64,000 nucleotides of DNA. Source: Vicugna vicugna (lineage: Eukaryota). Where the stretch lies: the NCBI GenBank assembly GCA_013265495.1, contig MU057719.1, positions 186,001 through 250,000 on the forward strand. Direction: 5' to 3'. Below are positions 45,643 to 58,243 of this stretch, piece after piece (the first letter of the stretch is position 1; every line of letters starts with the position of its first letter). The notes below the pieces were generated by a model. It had not been told where the DNA came from. It saw nothing but the letters and a program-made list of their open reading frames with translations, and did not search any database. The position numbers and the translations under genes are program-made.

Positions 45643-48600
45643 GGCCGGAGGCTCTGCCGCGCTCGGACCCGGCTCTGTCTGACTGTCCTGCAGGGTCGGT
45701 ACCACCCCCCACAGGGGCCCCCACATGCTCCACCCCCTCCCAGGGCTCTGCTGTCTGCCCGCAAGCGGGCACGTGGGGTGCTGACCTTCGGGAGGAGGTG
45801 GGGCTGCTGTGTACCTGGGAACCCCTGAAGCTCTAGGACCTCTCACCCCAGGACTGGTGGTCCTAAAGCTACACAGAAGAAGCCCTTCCTCCAGCCTCTG
45901 ACCCTCGAGCCTCAGGTGCAGGGGGTCTGCAGAAGGTGTTCGGCAGGACTCGGCAGCCAGCGCTGCTCCCAGCCCGGCACAGGAGGGCTGGAGTCTGGCC
46001 TGGACGGTGGAAGCTGCTCCACGGCCACGTTCGCTCCCTGTACGTCAAGGGACATCGACCCACCTGATGCAGGGGCCTGGACTCCGTGCCCATCTGCCTT
46101 CTCACCTTTCTCCCCCCTCCCCTCCCAGCAGGGCCTCTGCCCACGCAGAAGGCAAGGCAGCGTCTGCTCCTTGCCCACACTGACCGCGGCTGCAGGCGGG
46201 AGAGCCCCCGCCCCTGGCAGCAGAGCCTGGGGGGAGGCTAGGCCTCAGAGACCCCAGCCCCGGACCTGGGCCCTGGGGAGGCTGTGGGCAGGCCCCTACG
46301 CCGCCCGCCGCCCACCGCCCCACTCCATGGCAGGTTCCCATGCCAGGCCAGCAGCGTGTCCCGTCATGTCGGCCCACAGCCGGGCCCCTGCCACCCCCGC
46401 TCCCAGGCTTGGGGTGACTCACGGGGCCGGCACGCCACTTCCAGCCCCCACTGCGGGCGGCCGCCCTGAACACACACACCTGTCCAGACTTGATGCCGGC
46501 AGACAGCAGGACGGGCCTGGGAACCAGGGGTGGGGCCAGCCAGGCCCTTCACTGTGGAGGATCCCCCAGGAGGGACCAGGCAGGTCACCCTCAGGTGGGT
46601 GGCCCAGGAACTGCAGCCCCTGCAGGGCTGGACCCCAAAGACCCCAAGGGCCCAGAGGACGGGTGTGGGGAAAGGGCCTGGGAGCTGAGACAGGGCCCAC
46701 GCCCCCGAGTCAGCCCAGAAGCCAGCATGCTGACCAGCCGGGGAGGATGCCGAGCCCTCCAGGTCCAGCCCGGGACAGCTGTCCCTCCCCACGTGAGGCT
46801 GGATTCACCCTGGAGGACAGGGTAGGCCAGTGGCCTCGGGCTCTGGCAGGGGCCACGCGGGGAAGCCCACCTCAGGGAGGGGCACGGCCAGACCCCTGCT
46901 TCTGTTCAAGCCAGGCCCAAGGTCTCAGCCGTCAGTCGGGGTGTCCTGTCACCTCCAGGAGTGAGGGGAACCATAAGTGGCTGACGGTCAGGAAGCCGAG
47001 GTCCTGCCAGCTGTCAGGGGAGCGCAGCGAACACCTCCAAGGGGCACCACAGCTCGAAGGGCCAGAGTAGGCCTCTGACACAGAAGGGCCACCGCCGACT
47101 CATCACCAGGGCAGGGCGCTCCTTACACTCCCCCACTGTCCCCTCCATGGCCAGAGGGCAAGGAGACCCTTGCCCAGGACCCCCCCAGGAGCCCACCGGG
47201 CGGAGCCCCACCGGGAGGCAGCCTGTGCCCTCTTCAGCCCCCAGGCATGGGCATCACTCCCTCAGCAGTGGGAGGCAGGCCCCAGGCCCCTGTCCTCGGG
47301 ACCCCACAGGAAGTGGGTAGGAGACCCCCCAGGGCAGGGGCCTCGCCTGGTGTAGGCAAGTGGACGCAGAGCCTAGAGGAGAGATAAAGGCAAACGGGCC
47401 AGGAAGAGCCCAGCGAGGACAAGCAAGAAGGACAGGGAACAGCTCGACACCAGCCCTGCTGCGCAGAGGAATGTGCGGGAGGGCCAGGGGAGGGGCCCTG
47501 GAGTCCAGCCCGGCCCCCGGAGCGGTGTCAGCGGGGCTGTAGCCAGCAGCAGCTGCGTCTGCTGACTGACTGATGGACAGCCGTTAGCATGAGCCCCACT
47601 CCCATCCACCTCCAGCCCACGACCCCCAGTGGAGGGGAGGCGAGGGACGAGGGCAGGAGCAGGCCTCTCTCCCGGGCACAGGATGAAGCAGGACAATCTG
47701 ACCCAAGGAAACAAAACAAAGTCACAGCCCAGGGTGGCCTGGCTCTCACCCTGCACTCAGCTCAAGGGGACGCACAGGCAGCACGGCCAGGGGCCATGAG
47801 GGCCACCTGCGGGCAGGCCGTGCGCAGGCCTCCCGGCGCAGATGGAGACACACACTTCAGGCGGCCGCACCTCTGGGACCCGCCCTCGGCGTGCAGGGAA
47901 CCAACCTCCCTCGGCAAACCCAGCTCCGGGCTGCCCACGGGAGCGTGGCGGGGCAAGCACGTGGGGGTGAGCGCGCCCCACGCCACAACGGAGCCCCCCG
48001 CCCACCCTGGTGATCCGCGGCCTGAGCTGGCCGGGGGGGCGGGGAGAGCCGCACCCAGTCCCCCCAGGGACAGGCCGCCCCTCCTCCCCTCTCCGCCTTC
48101 CGGAGACAGGTGTGTGCAGCCCCCTCGGGAGGCAAGAGGTAAACAGCTCAGGGGCTAGGACCCCCCACACAGGCTCCTGCACACAGCCACCACCTAGCCA
48201 CAGCCTGGGCAGCCCGTCCCTCACTGCGCGCCCAAGTTGATGGACAGCATGCCTCTCTCTGTGACCAAGACACCCGTCCCAGAAGACGGCTCCGAAGCAG
48301 CCGGGGGAGGCTGGCGCCCTCTCCCCACCCCCTTCCTGGAGCTCAGGGCCTCACCCACACTCGCTGCCCATGCCTGGCCTTGCTGGGAGGGATGGGAGCT
48401 GCCAGCTTCCTTCTGAGTAGGCTCCTAATCCCCAGGTCAGTGTCACACCCGCGGGCGGCACCGCTGGCCACCACACAGCCGCCACCTGAGAGGACAGAGA
48501 GCCGACCCCCCAGGCCCCGCCGACCCCACCAGCATCTTCCCAGCCATTAGGGGCTGACGGAGCAGGGGCCTCACTCAGCACCCTGACCCCTCCCCAGCAG

Positions 48601-49789
48601 CCCAGCCCCTCGTTGACCTGGGGGAGGGGTGGCGGGACAGGCTCCTGGGGACACACTTGGTCTGGGCAGCAGGGCTCTGTGGCCAACTAGCACACACAGA
48701 CACAGAAAAAGAGAACTCAAGACTCCGGGGCAACAGTGTTAACTGTCTGGACGAGCAGGGCGTTCCTCACTCCCCCAGACCCAGCACAGGTCAGAGGCGG
48801 TGCACGGGCGGGGCCGCGGCTCCACCGCCACTCGAGCCACTCCGCCATGGACGACGGCGGTTCTGCAGGATGCGAAGCGGCCAGCTCCCGGGGTAACTTG
48901 GACACCCCCGGGAAACCCGCTGCCTCCAGACACGTCCCCGCACTGTGGGGCTCCGGTCCCGGGCCGCGAGAGCAGCCACGCAGGGTCAGTCCTGCCGGTG
49001 GGGACCAGGGACATACACGAGAAGGAGATGCCGAGGCCCGTCCACACTGCGAACGTGACCAAGAGCCCAGCCGCCTGGGATGAAACAGAGAAACGGCCGC
49101 GCCTGGCGGGCCAGGGCGCCCGTGAGGTCCGGAGAACCAAGTGCCAGAGGTGGCCCGGGGCTGACAGGGGCCGTGGGCCAGGAGCCAGGAAGGCCAGCTC
49201 CAGCTCTGGGCACACCTGGCTACAGGCAGTGTGTGCATGCCACCATGAGCTCACTGGGCCCCAGAGCACGGGGCCTGCCCGCCAGGGGGACTTGACGTGG
49301 GAGCCCTGCACCTCTCCGGGCCTCAGCCAGATGGCCCTGGAGTGACGGGGGCCAGGCTACCCTCAGTCTCACCTGCTCCGTGGTCAGACGGCCACCAGGA
49401 CAGGCCATAACCCTGGCACTGAGGAACAGCACAGGGTGCCAGGATCAGCCCGGCCTGCCCACGTGGCCAGCCAGCCTGGGGAAAGTGTCTGCGTCCTATG
49501 CCCACCCACTTCACCCCCGCCACGGGCCCAGAATCCCACGCCCAGGCCCCCTGGAGTCCCACAGCCCACCAGGACCCCACCGGGTGCTCAGTGCCCAGAC
49601 TCCTCGTTGGCCTCAGGTACAGGGAGCCAGGTAGGTCCCTCCCCCAAGCTGTCCGGGTCCCCACGCCCACTATAAGTGCCAGCCAGGTAGGGGCGCTGCC
49701 AGTGTTTCCTGGTGACCCCCATGCCTGGGAGCCCTGCACCGAGTGCTTCGGAACGTGCACCTCGTGCAGCTCCTGCAAAACTCTGCAAG

Positions 49790-49870
49790 TCTGACCGTCT
49801 TGTCAGAAGGGGAAGTGAGGCTCAGAGACACTGCAAGTCCACATGGCTGGTCAGCACCGGGGAGATGGGA
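49790..49870 (-). mobile_element. MIR relic
   Basis: TGTCAGAAGGGGAAGTGAGGCTCAGAGA...CACATGGCTGGTCAG. Confidence 0.55.
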
Positions 49871-50464
49871 GCCCTATGCCAGGTGGGCACCGGGTGCAGG
49901 AGGCAGGGAGGGAGGTGAGCAGAGAGGGGCAGCAGAGGGTGGGCGGTGGGCAGTGACAGGAACCTCTGCCCGTGGGGAATGGAGGCCCTAGACGGCAGCG
50001 CAGGCGGACGGCGGCACACGCAGGGCAAGGCAGGAGGCGTGTGCACACATACACCCCCGTCACGGGCCCTGCTGGGGACCCTGACACCCCATGTGAATCC
50101 CCCAACCCAGGCCATGCCCTCAGGGGAGTGGTCACTGCTGGGGCTGGCAGGCCGGAACCTCCCAGGACCCCGGCTCTCTCCTCCACTGGCCAGGGGAGGG
50201 CCTGGCCACCCACCGACAGCCTCCTTCTCCCTCCACCAAAAGAAAAGGGATCTCTCTTCACGACAGGGGGCCTTAACTTAACAGAAGCTAAAAATCTGTA
50301 TTCTATTTTTATTTTAAAAAATAATAAACAGCAAGATAGGCCGTTATCTGTCTGCACCCAGAGGCAAAGCGGGCCAGCAGCTCCCCTCGGCTGAGCGCGC
50401 AAGGCTGGTCTGCATTGACTTTGTCTGGCTTTGGTAACAGAGTTGCAGGATGGCTGGGTTTTGT

Positions 50465-50473
50465 TTTTCCTTC

Positions 50474-50504
<31 letters not shown>

Positions 50505-50516
50505 TCCTTTTTTCCC
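50465..50516. repeat. (CTTT)8 microsatellite within a pyrimidine tract
   Basis: Eight CTTT units at 50474-50505, flanked by T/C runs. Confidence 0.93.
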
Positions 50517-51114
50517 AGGGAGGGGGGAGGAGGGGGCAGGGAAGCTGTTTTACAGAATCTCAGCCCGGAACACAGACTCTCCCACCACAAGCGCTCTCCA
50601 AGCCAAAGGCAGGTTTGATTTTCTCCAGAACCCCACCCAGCCCACAGCCCTTCAAGCCCGTCCCCAGTGTGGGCTGGAAGGAGCCTGCGGCCCCGCCCGC
50701 GCCCCCCCGCAAGCTGTGAGAGGAGCTGGTGACCCAGCGGGGCTGACCCCGCGATGGACCGAGGTCTACTGTGGGCCACGGCCTGCCTGGAAGCCTCCAC
50801 CAGCAGACTGGGACCATCCTCCCTCAGCATCCCGACCCCAGAGCTCCAGGAAGGGCCGAGGCCGACCAGGGGACCCCTCAGCCTCCCTCCAAGCTCACCC
50901 ACCTCCCGACCAGGACTGGGCCGGCCAAGCGCCCAGACACCACGGCGATTCTGAAGGCAGGGAGGTCTCGGGCGCCCAGGCCAACAGCAGCCACAGCAGT
51001 TGCCTCCCACCCTCCACCTCGCCAGTCCTCGGGGCCCCTGGCTCTCCCCACACTGCCCACGCTCTCCCCCACCCACTCGCCACCACGAGGCTTGGGAACC
51101 AGGTCATTTCAGAA

Positions 51115-51430
51115 ACACACTAGCTGTCACCTCTAGGCTTGGACACGCTGTTCCCTGGGCCTGAAACTCCCCTATGCCTCCTCCCAGCTTGCTCCAACCC
51201 AGTTTAAACACCGCCTCCTCCAGGAGGCCCTCCTAACCCTCCTGGCCAGGGCTGGAGCCTCTTCCACCACATGTTCTCGACAGGGCACTCAGCTCCCTTG
51301 TCTGAGGCTGCCAGGATCCGGGGGCTCGTGAGGTCAGGAGCCAAAACTGGCTCCTCGGGCATCCCTGGGTCCGGGCCTAGGGCCTGGTACACAGCAGGCA
51401 TCTAACAAAGACCAAATGGATGAATGGGGC
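51115..51430 (+). mobile_element. L2 3' region relic
   Basis: CTTGGACACGCTGTTCCCTGGGCCTGAAAC...CACCGCCTCCTCCAGGAGGCCCTCC...GGCCTGGTACACAGCAGGCATCTAACAAAG...ATGGATGAATGG. Confidence 0.65.
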
Positions 51431-52249
51431 GGGAACGAGAGAGCTAGAAACAGACCCACACAGGCCGCAGGATTCACCACGGCCCTTAAGAAACTGCTGA
51501 GCAAGCACCAAGCCTCAAGGAGACCCCAAGATGTTGACGAGCTATGCAGGCCCAAAGCGGCTGAACCACCGGTCTGAGCCTTTACCTCCTCTTCTGCAAA
51601 GAGACATCACACTCAGAGAAAGCGGCTGGGAGGCAGTGGAAGTGCACGAGAGACCACGAAGCTGGCCTCTGCTCACCCACCCCCACGGGTGGCGAGGTGC
51701 AGGTGCCCCGGCTGCACGCTCCCGGCGGGGTGGGGCCGCGGGCATCTGACTCAGCCCCGCTGGGTCTAAGCGTCCTCGTCCTCAGAAAGCAGACGAGGCC
51801 CTGGGCTTCAGCTCCCTTCATACACCACCAAGCACTCCCTAGTGGGACACCTGCTTCCCCACCGCCCCCGCTGTGCTAGGAACAAGCAGATAAACAAGGC
51901 CAGGCCCTGCCCAGGGACAACCAGTCCAGAGTCAGACAGCCGTTTCCAGGAGCCCGAGTCGGTCAGTGACGCAGCAGGAGAATGGGCACTCGGGCTGGGT
52001 GCAGATATCAAGGAGGGCCTCCTGTAGGAGGCACCACTTGCCTCCCTCCAGCTGTAACTTGCAGTAGACTCCTACCTTCCCCCAAACCCTACCTTCTTAC
52101 CAACCCCTAGACTCCCTGTGCATGGCTGGAGAGGGACAGACCTGCGTACATCCCACCACAAGGACAGCCACCCCAGCCAGAACCCCAAGAGGGCAGCAGA
52201 CTCATGCAGGCGACCCCTGGCACCAGGAGGCATTGAGACCAGGGGCCAA

Positions 52250-52385
52250 GTCCAGCCCCACCTCCTCCTGGCTGAGGACTGTGGTAAACAATGCCATCTC
52301 TCTGGGTCTGACGTTCTCATCTGGAAAAATGGGTTGCTTTAGGACATAAAGGAGGTAAGCAGAGCACAGTGCCCAGTGCACAGCA
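52250..52385 (+). mobile_element. MIR relic
   Basis: CTCTCTGGGTCTGACGTTCTCATCTGGAAAAATGGG...AGCACAGTGCCCAGTGCACAGCAAGC. Confidence 0.65.
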
Positions 52386-52929
52386 AGCCGGCAGCTACCA
52401 AGCAGGTATGCGTCCAGCACAGCCCCAGGACACAGCAGACACCCAGCAACCGAGAGCCACTTCGAGGGTCCTCGCTCTTCCCGTCCCTGCCACTGCCAGC
52501 CCCAGTGCAGGCACCAGGTGCCCCTGGGCAGAACCCACAGGTCCTCCCCACCCCGACCACTGAAACTTCCATCTTACCAGAGCACGGGTCTCCCGACGCC
52601 CCTCTCTCCACAGGCCCCGACTCAGGGCTGCCTCGCTTGCTTCCTGTGGCCCAAGCCCAGCCCCTCACCCTCCCTGAGCGCCCACTTCCTCATCCATCAG
52701 AGACCCATCTCCAGGCCCCTCCCCCGCTGATGGGCGACGACGGACAGGCGCCAGTCGGGGCGAGGCCTGACCACGGGTTCCTAGAACCCCAGGCCCCACC
52801 CAGCATGGGTCCCGGCTGGGGTCTGTAGCAGCGCCTCGCTGGGACGGTGGTCCTGGGCCCCTCTGCTCCTCCTCTTCACCCAGGGAGCCAGTTCCACCCC
52901 CAACCAGCTCCACGCCCAAGTCGGCAGAG

Positions 52930-53180
52930 TCCCCTTAGGGATCAGAGAGCCTGGACTACTTGCCTGGGGTCACACAGCTCAGAAGGACAGAGCCGGGAAA
53001 CGTCCCCAGGAGTCTACTTTCCCATTGTACATCTCCTAGTCTGACCCAGCAGAACCCCAGGGAGAGTGGCCTTCACCAGCCAGCAACCTGGACACCCTGC
53101 CCGTGGCTGTGTGCCCCCGGCAGGTCACTTGGCCTCTCTGAGCCCCCATTTCCTCCTCCAACCACTGAGTGTAAGAATGC
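52930..53180. mobile_element. Two MIR fragments in opposite orientations
   Basis: ACTTGCCTGGGGTCACACAGCTC (minus) and GTCACTTGGCCTCTCTGAGCCCCATTTCCTC (plus). Confidence 0.5.
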
Positions 53181-53646
53181 CCACCCCAGGAGGTCACAGG
53201 CAGGGATCCCCAATCCCTGAAGCTGAGCTCCTGGCAGGCAGTGGAGAATTAATGAACCTGCAGCCACCATGGTCACCATGGGGCCCAGTCACAGGGCAGC
53301 CCTAGGCCCACTGCAGCAGAAGAAAGAGGGGCGCCACCTGGTATAGCCTAGGGCTCCCCACTTCCCACCCCTTCGAGGAGGTGGTTTAGTAAAGGGCCCA
53401 CACCCCTAGTCCAGGGCAGTCCCTCGGGGACACAGGGCTGGGAGCCTTGGCCACTGCCCTCTGCCACCAGACTGGTGTGTGCCCACCGGGCCAGTGGGAC
53501 ATCCCGCCTGCTGACTCCTCCCTCAGCCCCTTCCCCATCCTTCCTGCCCAGACTCCAAGGCCTGGGTTCAAATCTGACCCTCAGCTCCAAAAACACCTGA
53601 CTTCCCCAAAATGGGCCGGTCACAAGGATTACACTGGCCCAGGATA

Positions 53647-53661
53647 ATGTCACCCTGACCT
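53647..53661. promoter_or_regulatory. ERE-like IR3 ATGTCA-CCC-TGACCT
   Basis: One mismatch to AGGTCAnnnTGACCT. Confidence 0.35.
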
Positions 53662-56024
53662 AATGTCACTGCCCACCTGGGTGGCAGTGGGGGAGGAGCA
53701 GTCTCCCTTTGTCTCCTCAGGGAGGAAATGGGGAGCCAGGCACCCCAAGAAGGAGGTCCCGGCCAGGCATGGCACCCGGCTCCTGATGCGCAGTCCTGTG
53801 ACGGGCTGGCAGGATGTTGGGAAACCCACGGGCCCTTATTTCAACACCGCGGCCACGTCAGTGACTGGTTTCGACATGCAGCAACACCGGGGACCGGCCG
53901 CGGCCATCTGGGCCCTCAGGCGCCCGGCCTGCACCCTCAGTCCTCGGCCCCAGCCCGTACGGGGACGTGGCCCTCGTCCCCGGGGGCACGCAGACAGGGC
54001 TGGGTCATCTCAGAGATGCGGGGCCCAGCCCGCAGCCTGGGGCCGCCGCGGGCCCGGGCAGGCCTGTTCTGCCCGAGACTCCCCGAGGCCCTGAGCCGGG
54101 CCCAGAGCTCCCTGCAGAACACCCCGGGGCCAAGCTCGGGGAGACCGCCTTCTGGAAGGAGAGAGCCCCAGCGGGGCCAGCTGGAGCTCCTTACCAGCTC
54201 CGGGGCACACGGCCGAGCTGGGGAGGGTCCAGCCCAGCCGGCCCAAGCCCAAGCGGTCCCTCGGCTGACCGGCTGAACAAGCACACGCCAGCCTGTGGTC
54301 CAGCCGAGCCCAGGGCTGCACGCGCCCTACACGCCCTTGCTGAATTCTAAGCAAAAACAAGAGTGGGCCCAGCACAGCAGCTGCCACCCAGGGGCACCCC
54401 TGCTCCAGGAAAACGGTCCCATTGAGCCCTGGCGGCGGCCCCACCCCACAGGAGGAAACTGAGGCCTAGTGAGGGTGACGGACTCGCCCAGGGTCACCCC
54501 TGGAGGAGCAGAGCAGCAGGGACCCCGCTCTGGCCCCACGCCCGCCGCCCTCACTGGGCCAGCAGGAGGGGAGTTTTAGTTGGGGCGGGGTCGACTTTGG
54601 AGGTAAATCCCTCTCCCCGTGCCCTCTTGCCCTTTGTCCCTGCGAGTGGGGCTGTCTGCCTACGTGCCCAGGGTCCCACCGCCCACTGACCCCCGGAGCC
54701 TGATGGGGCCCCCAGCACACGCCACCTCCCCCGACAACTACCTTCTGCCCCGGTGCTGAGGTTCCCGACACAGCCGCCTGACGTTCAGCCCTGACACAGC
54801 CTCGCCCCAGGCCCTCGGGAGACTTCCAGAACCAGCTAGCGGAAGGGCCGCTGCATGGGCCGCTGCCACCCACGATGTCTGCACCGACCCTCCGCCAGCG
54901 GCCCAGCCAGGCAGCATCCTCCCCAGGACGAAGGGCTCTGCAGCAGCCATGCCCCCTCTGACCACCGCCCCCCACCCCGCCCCGTGGTCTGAGCTCTGCT
55001 GAGCATGAGGCCCACCCGGTCCTGCCACAGCCAGGCCCGCCCCCCGGACCCCGACACGGGGAACTCCACCACACCGCGGCTCCACAGGGCAGCTTTTCTA
55101 CACAGGTCCCCCCAACCCCAGTGGCCACCACAATGCCCAGCCAACTCTGAGACAGCTCAGGGGTGACCAGGAGGGACGACGGGGCCACCACACCGCCCTC
55201 TGAAATCCCGAAGGCTCTGCACAGCCAGCGGCACCGACAGAGACGACGAATTTCAAATGAGGGGTGACTGTGCACCCTTCATCAGAGGGGGACTGGGTGC
55301 CTTCTACAACCAGGTGCTGTTCCAGGTCTGGGGACACAGAAGGGAACCCACTGGGGGAGGCCCAGTCTGGACACGGTGTCCAGGAAAGGCCAACAGGAGC
55401 AGGCCCAGTGGGAGGAGGCCCGGTGCTCTGAGCAGCGGGAACCGCCGGGCAGAGGGATCTCCTGCCGAGGACAGGGCAGGGCCGTCTGCCAGGGCTCAAG
55501 CTCAGGCCCAATGTCACCAAAACTGGGCTCCCCCAGGGCCTACTGTGGATGGACATCATCCTACAGGCCCCCTGGGGCCCTCGGACACAGCACGAGTGGA
55601 GACAGACAGACGGCTGTCCTCCCTGGCCCCCAACAGAAGCCCGCCTCCCAGCGTGTCAGGGCACAGGATCCCCTCCCCAGGGGCCTACGCCTCCACTAGG
55701 GCCTCAGGCCCAGCAGGGTCCAGAAGCCCCAGAGGGAAGAAGAACGCGCCAGCCTGGGCACAGTGGGGCGGCACAGGCCCGCCTCGCCACACGCGAGGAC
55801 ACGAGGCAGGGTCTGGTGCAAGTTCGTGCACGTGTCTGCGCACATGTGTGCACACACACATGACCTGAGTGCAGACGACATGCATGAGGGTTCACGTTAA
55901 ATGGGCCTTGAGCTGGGAGGAAGGGGCGTCCCAACTCAGCCTTGCCCCCGGCCCGAGCCTCCTTTTCCACCTCTGAACCACGAGGCTGCAGGAGACAGCA
56001 GGGCAGCTGTGGGACAGTGTTCGC

Positions 56025-56105
56025 ATGGCCTGAGAGGGGAAGCGACTTCCCGAGGTCACCCAGCTGCCCGAGGCTGGACCTCGAAGCCAGGCCTGTGACC
56101 CCAAA
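56025..56105 (-). mobile_element. MIR relic
   Basis: GAGAGGGGAAGCGACTTCCCGAGGTCACCCAGCT...GGACCTCGAAGCCAGGCCTGTGAC. Confidence 0.6.
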
Positions 56106-58230
56106 CCCAGGCAGCACCTGCAGGTCAAGGCGGCTTTAGGCTGGGCTGCCCGTGTGGGGACCTCACAGGAACAGGGTGACGGGGCCCAAGGGCCCTAGCA
56201 GGCATGGTGGCCGCTGGCCCTCCCACCCACACACGCGTGTGCACTGCCCGCAGAACGGCACCCAACGTCTCACTCAAAAAGACAGCCTGCTCCCTGGGAC
56301 GTTCAGGGTGCACGTCTACTGCAACACTGAAGGGAGGTGCCTGTCCAGCCCTGGGAGGGAAGCCCCAGGCCCTCGGGGCACCCTCCCCAGAGTCCTGGGA
56401 CGGCCAGAGCGAGAGCTCGTCATCTTCCTGGAAGGGGCCGCACCTCCTCCTGGGGGCCTGGTCACGCCTCTGTCCAGTCCACGACCATCTGCTGAGCCAG
56501 CGGGGGCACCAGGCACCAGGAGCCAGAGCCCAGAGTGGACAGGGCCGCATGCCCACGCGTCCTCCTCCACTGGGCGGAGGCCGCTGCAGGACAGGGGCCC
56601 CTGGAGACAGGGCCCGGGGAGAGGTTTCATTTCACATCTTAGTCAAGTGACAAGGTAGGGATCTGCAGCTCGGTGGGTGACAACGAGGTGAGAAGTGGGC
56701 TCCCCAAGGGGAGCGCCCAGGCCTCCCGCTGGGGAAGCCCCTGCCCTGGGCCTTCAGATGATGGAAGGCGTCCTGAGAGGGCCGAGAGACCCAGGCCCCC
56801 GCCTGCTGCAGCCGAGCGCGGGCAGCCCGGGCCTGGAGCCCAGCAGCACATGCTGGCACGTCCACGGGCTTCATGACAAACTACCGTGAGCGGGAGGGAG
56901 TGTCTCATCAGGAGAATCTCCAGCAGGGCCGATACCATCGACTGATGTCAGGGAGCTCTGGGAACTATTAGCTTAATTAGCAGTTTCTGTGTGCTCAGCA
57001 AAAGCTGCCGGCCTAGCCCGGGCCTGGGAACCAGCGTGGCGGCCAGAGCCAGGCTGGGCGCGTCCCTGGGTGACGCCTGGCGAGGGAGAGGAGCCCAGAG
57101 GTGTGAACGAGGTGCTGCGGGACAGCATGGGTGTCAGTTCTCCACCTGTGGGCGTCTCTGCCCCTCGGTGGCAGGTGCACATGCTCCCACATCCCACTGT
57201 GTAGGTGGGCAAGCCAAGGCCTGGGAGGCTGGACTCCAGGCAAACTCAACGTCCAGGGCACACCTCGCAGGCCTGCCTGACGACCCAACAGCTTCACAAA
57301 GGCTGCTGTCCCGTATCTGAGCCGCTGGTTCCCAGACTGCTCTGTGCCACCTGCCACGGAGGCCAGAGACCTCCATCCGGCCCCCGTCCAAGGGCATGCA
57401 GGCAGGGGAAGTCCTTGGTTCCAGAGCCTGTATGGCCTCCAGCAAAGGATCCTCCTCTCCAGGCCTCAGTTCCCCACGCGTCTGCAGACAGGGCCTCCCC
57501 GCTCTTCAGACCCCGATACCACGTTTCCAGGCGCAGCTTCTGGAGGCAGAAAACCAGACCAACCCTGCTCGGCCTGTCAAGCGGAGACCCAAGTCTGCCG
57601 GTGGGGTCCTCCCCGCCCTCCCATGCCGGGCCCTGCCTCGCTGGCCCCCAGAAGGCCTCATGCTGCCCGAGGGGACTCGGGCCGGGGCAGCTGCGGCTGG
57701 TGCTGGGGAGGGGGCCACTTCCGCTGCCCCCAGGACCCCGCCGCAGCCGCAGCCGGGCCGCTCTGTCACTGCCACCCTGAGCTAACAAGCTCCAGATGTG
57801 GCCAGTGGAGACGGGAGCAGCCCTGCACCCTGCTGAGGGAGCTGGAACCGGTCTGAGATAATGTGGATTCCTGAGCCCGTGCCAAGGCCCGTGGACCCGG
57901 AGGGGGCGGCGAGCAGCGTCGCGGAGAGGAGAGGTGGCTCCCCTCGGCGAGCGTGCGTGTGAGCGCCGGGACCACCCAGGCAGCGCCAGTGCCAAGACAC
58001 CCCCAGGACCACACCCTTCCCCTGCCGCGGGCCTCCCAGCCTCCGGCCCCCGGTGCACACCCCGCACAGCACTGCTCCCCGCTAAAGCGCAGGGCCTGGC
58101 CTGAGAGATGCTGACCAAGGGTCAACCCCGCCCCCAGGAAGGAAGGGGTGCAAGCAGCAGGCGCCAGACAAGATCCCACGGTCTCATGACTCCAGCCAAG
58201 ACAGAACCACACTCCTAGAGGTTGCTCCCC

Positions 58231-58243
58231 TGACCCCTGACCC
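58231..58243 (-). promoter_or_regulatory. Perfect DR1 element GGGTCA-G-GGGTCA
   Basis: Plus strand TGACCCCTGACCC. Motif only. Confidence 0.5.

Noticed and set aside
45916-47070. 384-aa plus-strand ORF
   Set aside because: P/G/R/S-rich with no domain or codon structure; an intronic GC artefact.
50505-50520. Strong plus-strand acceptor after the CTTT tract (antisense exon)
   Set aside because: Explained by the microsatellite, with no matching donor or other evidence for an antisense gene.
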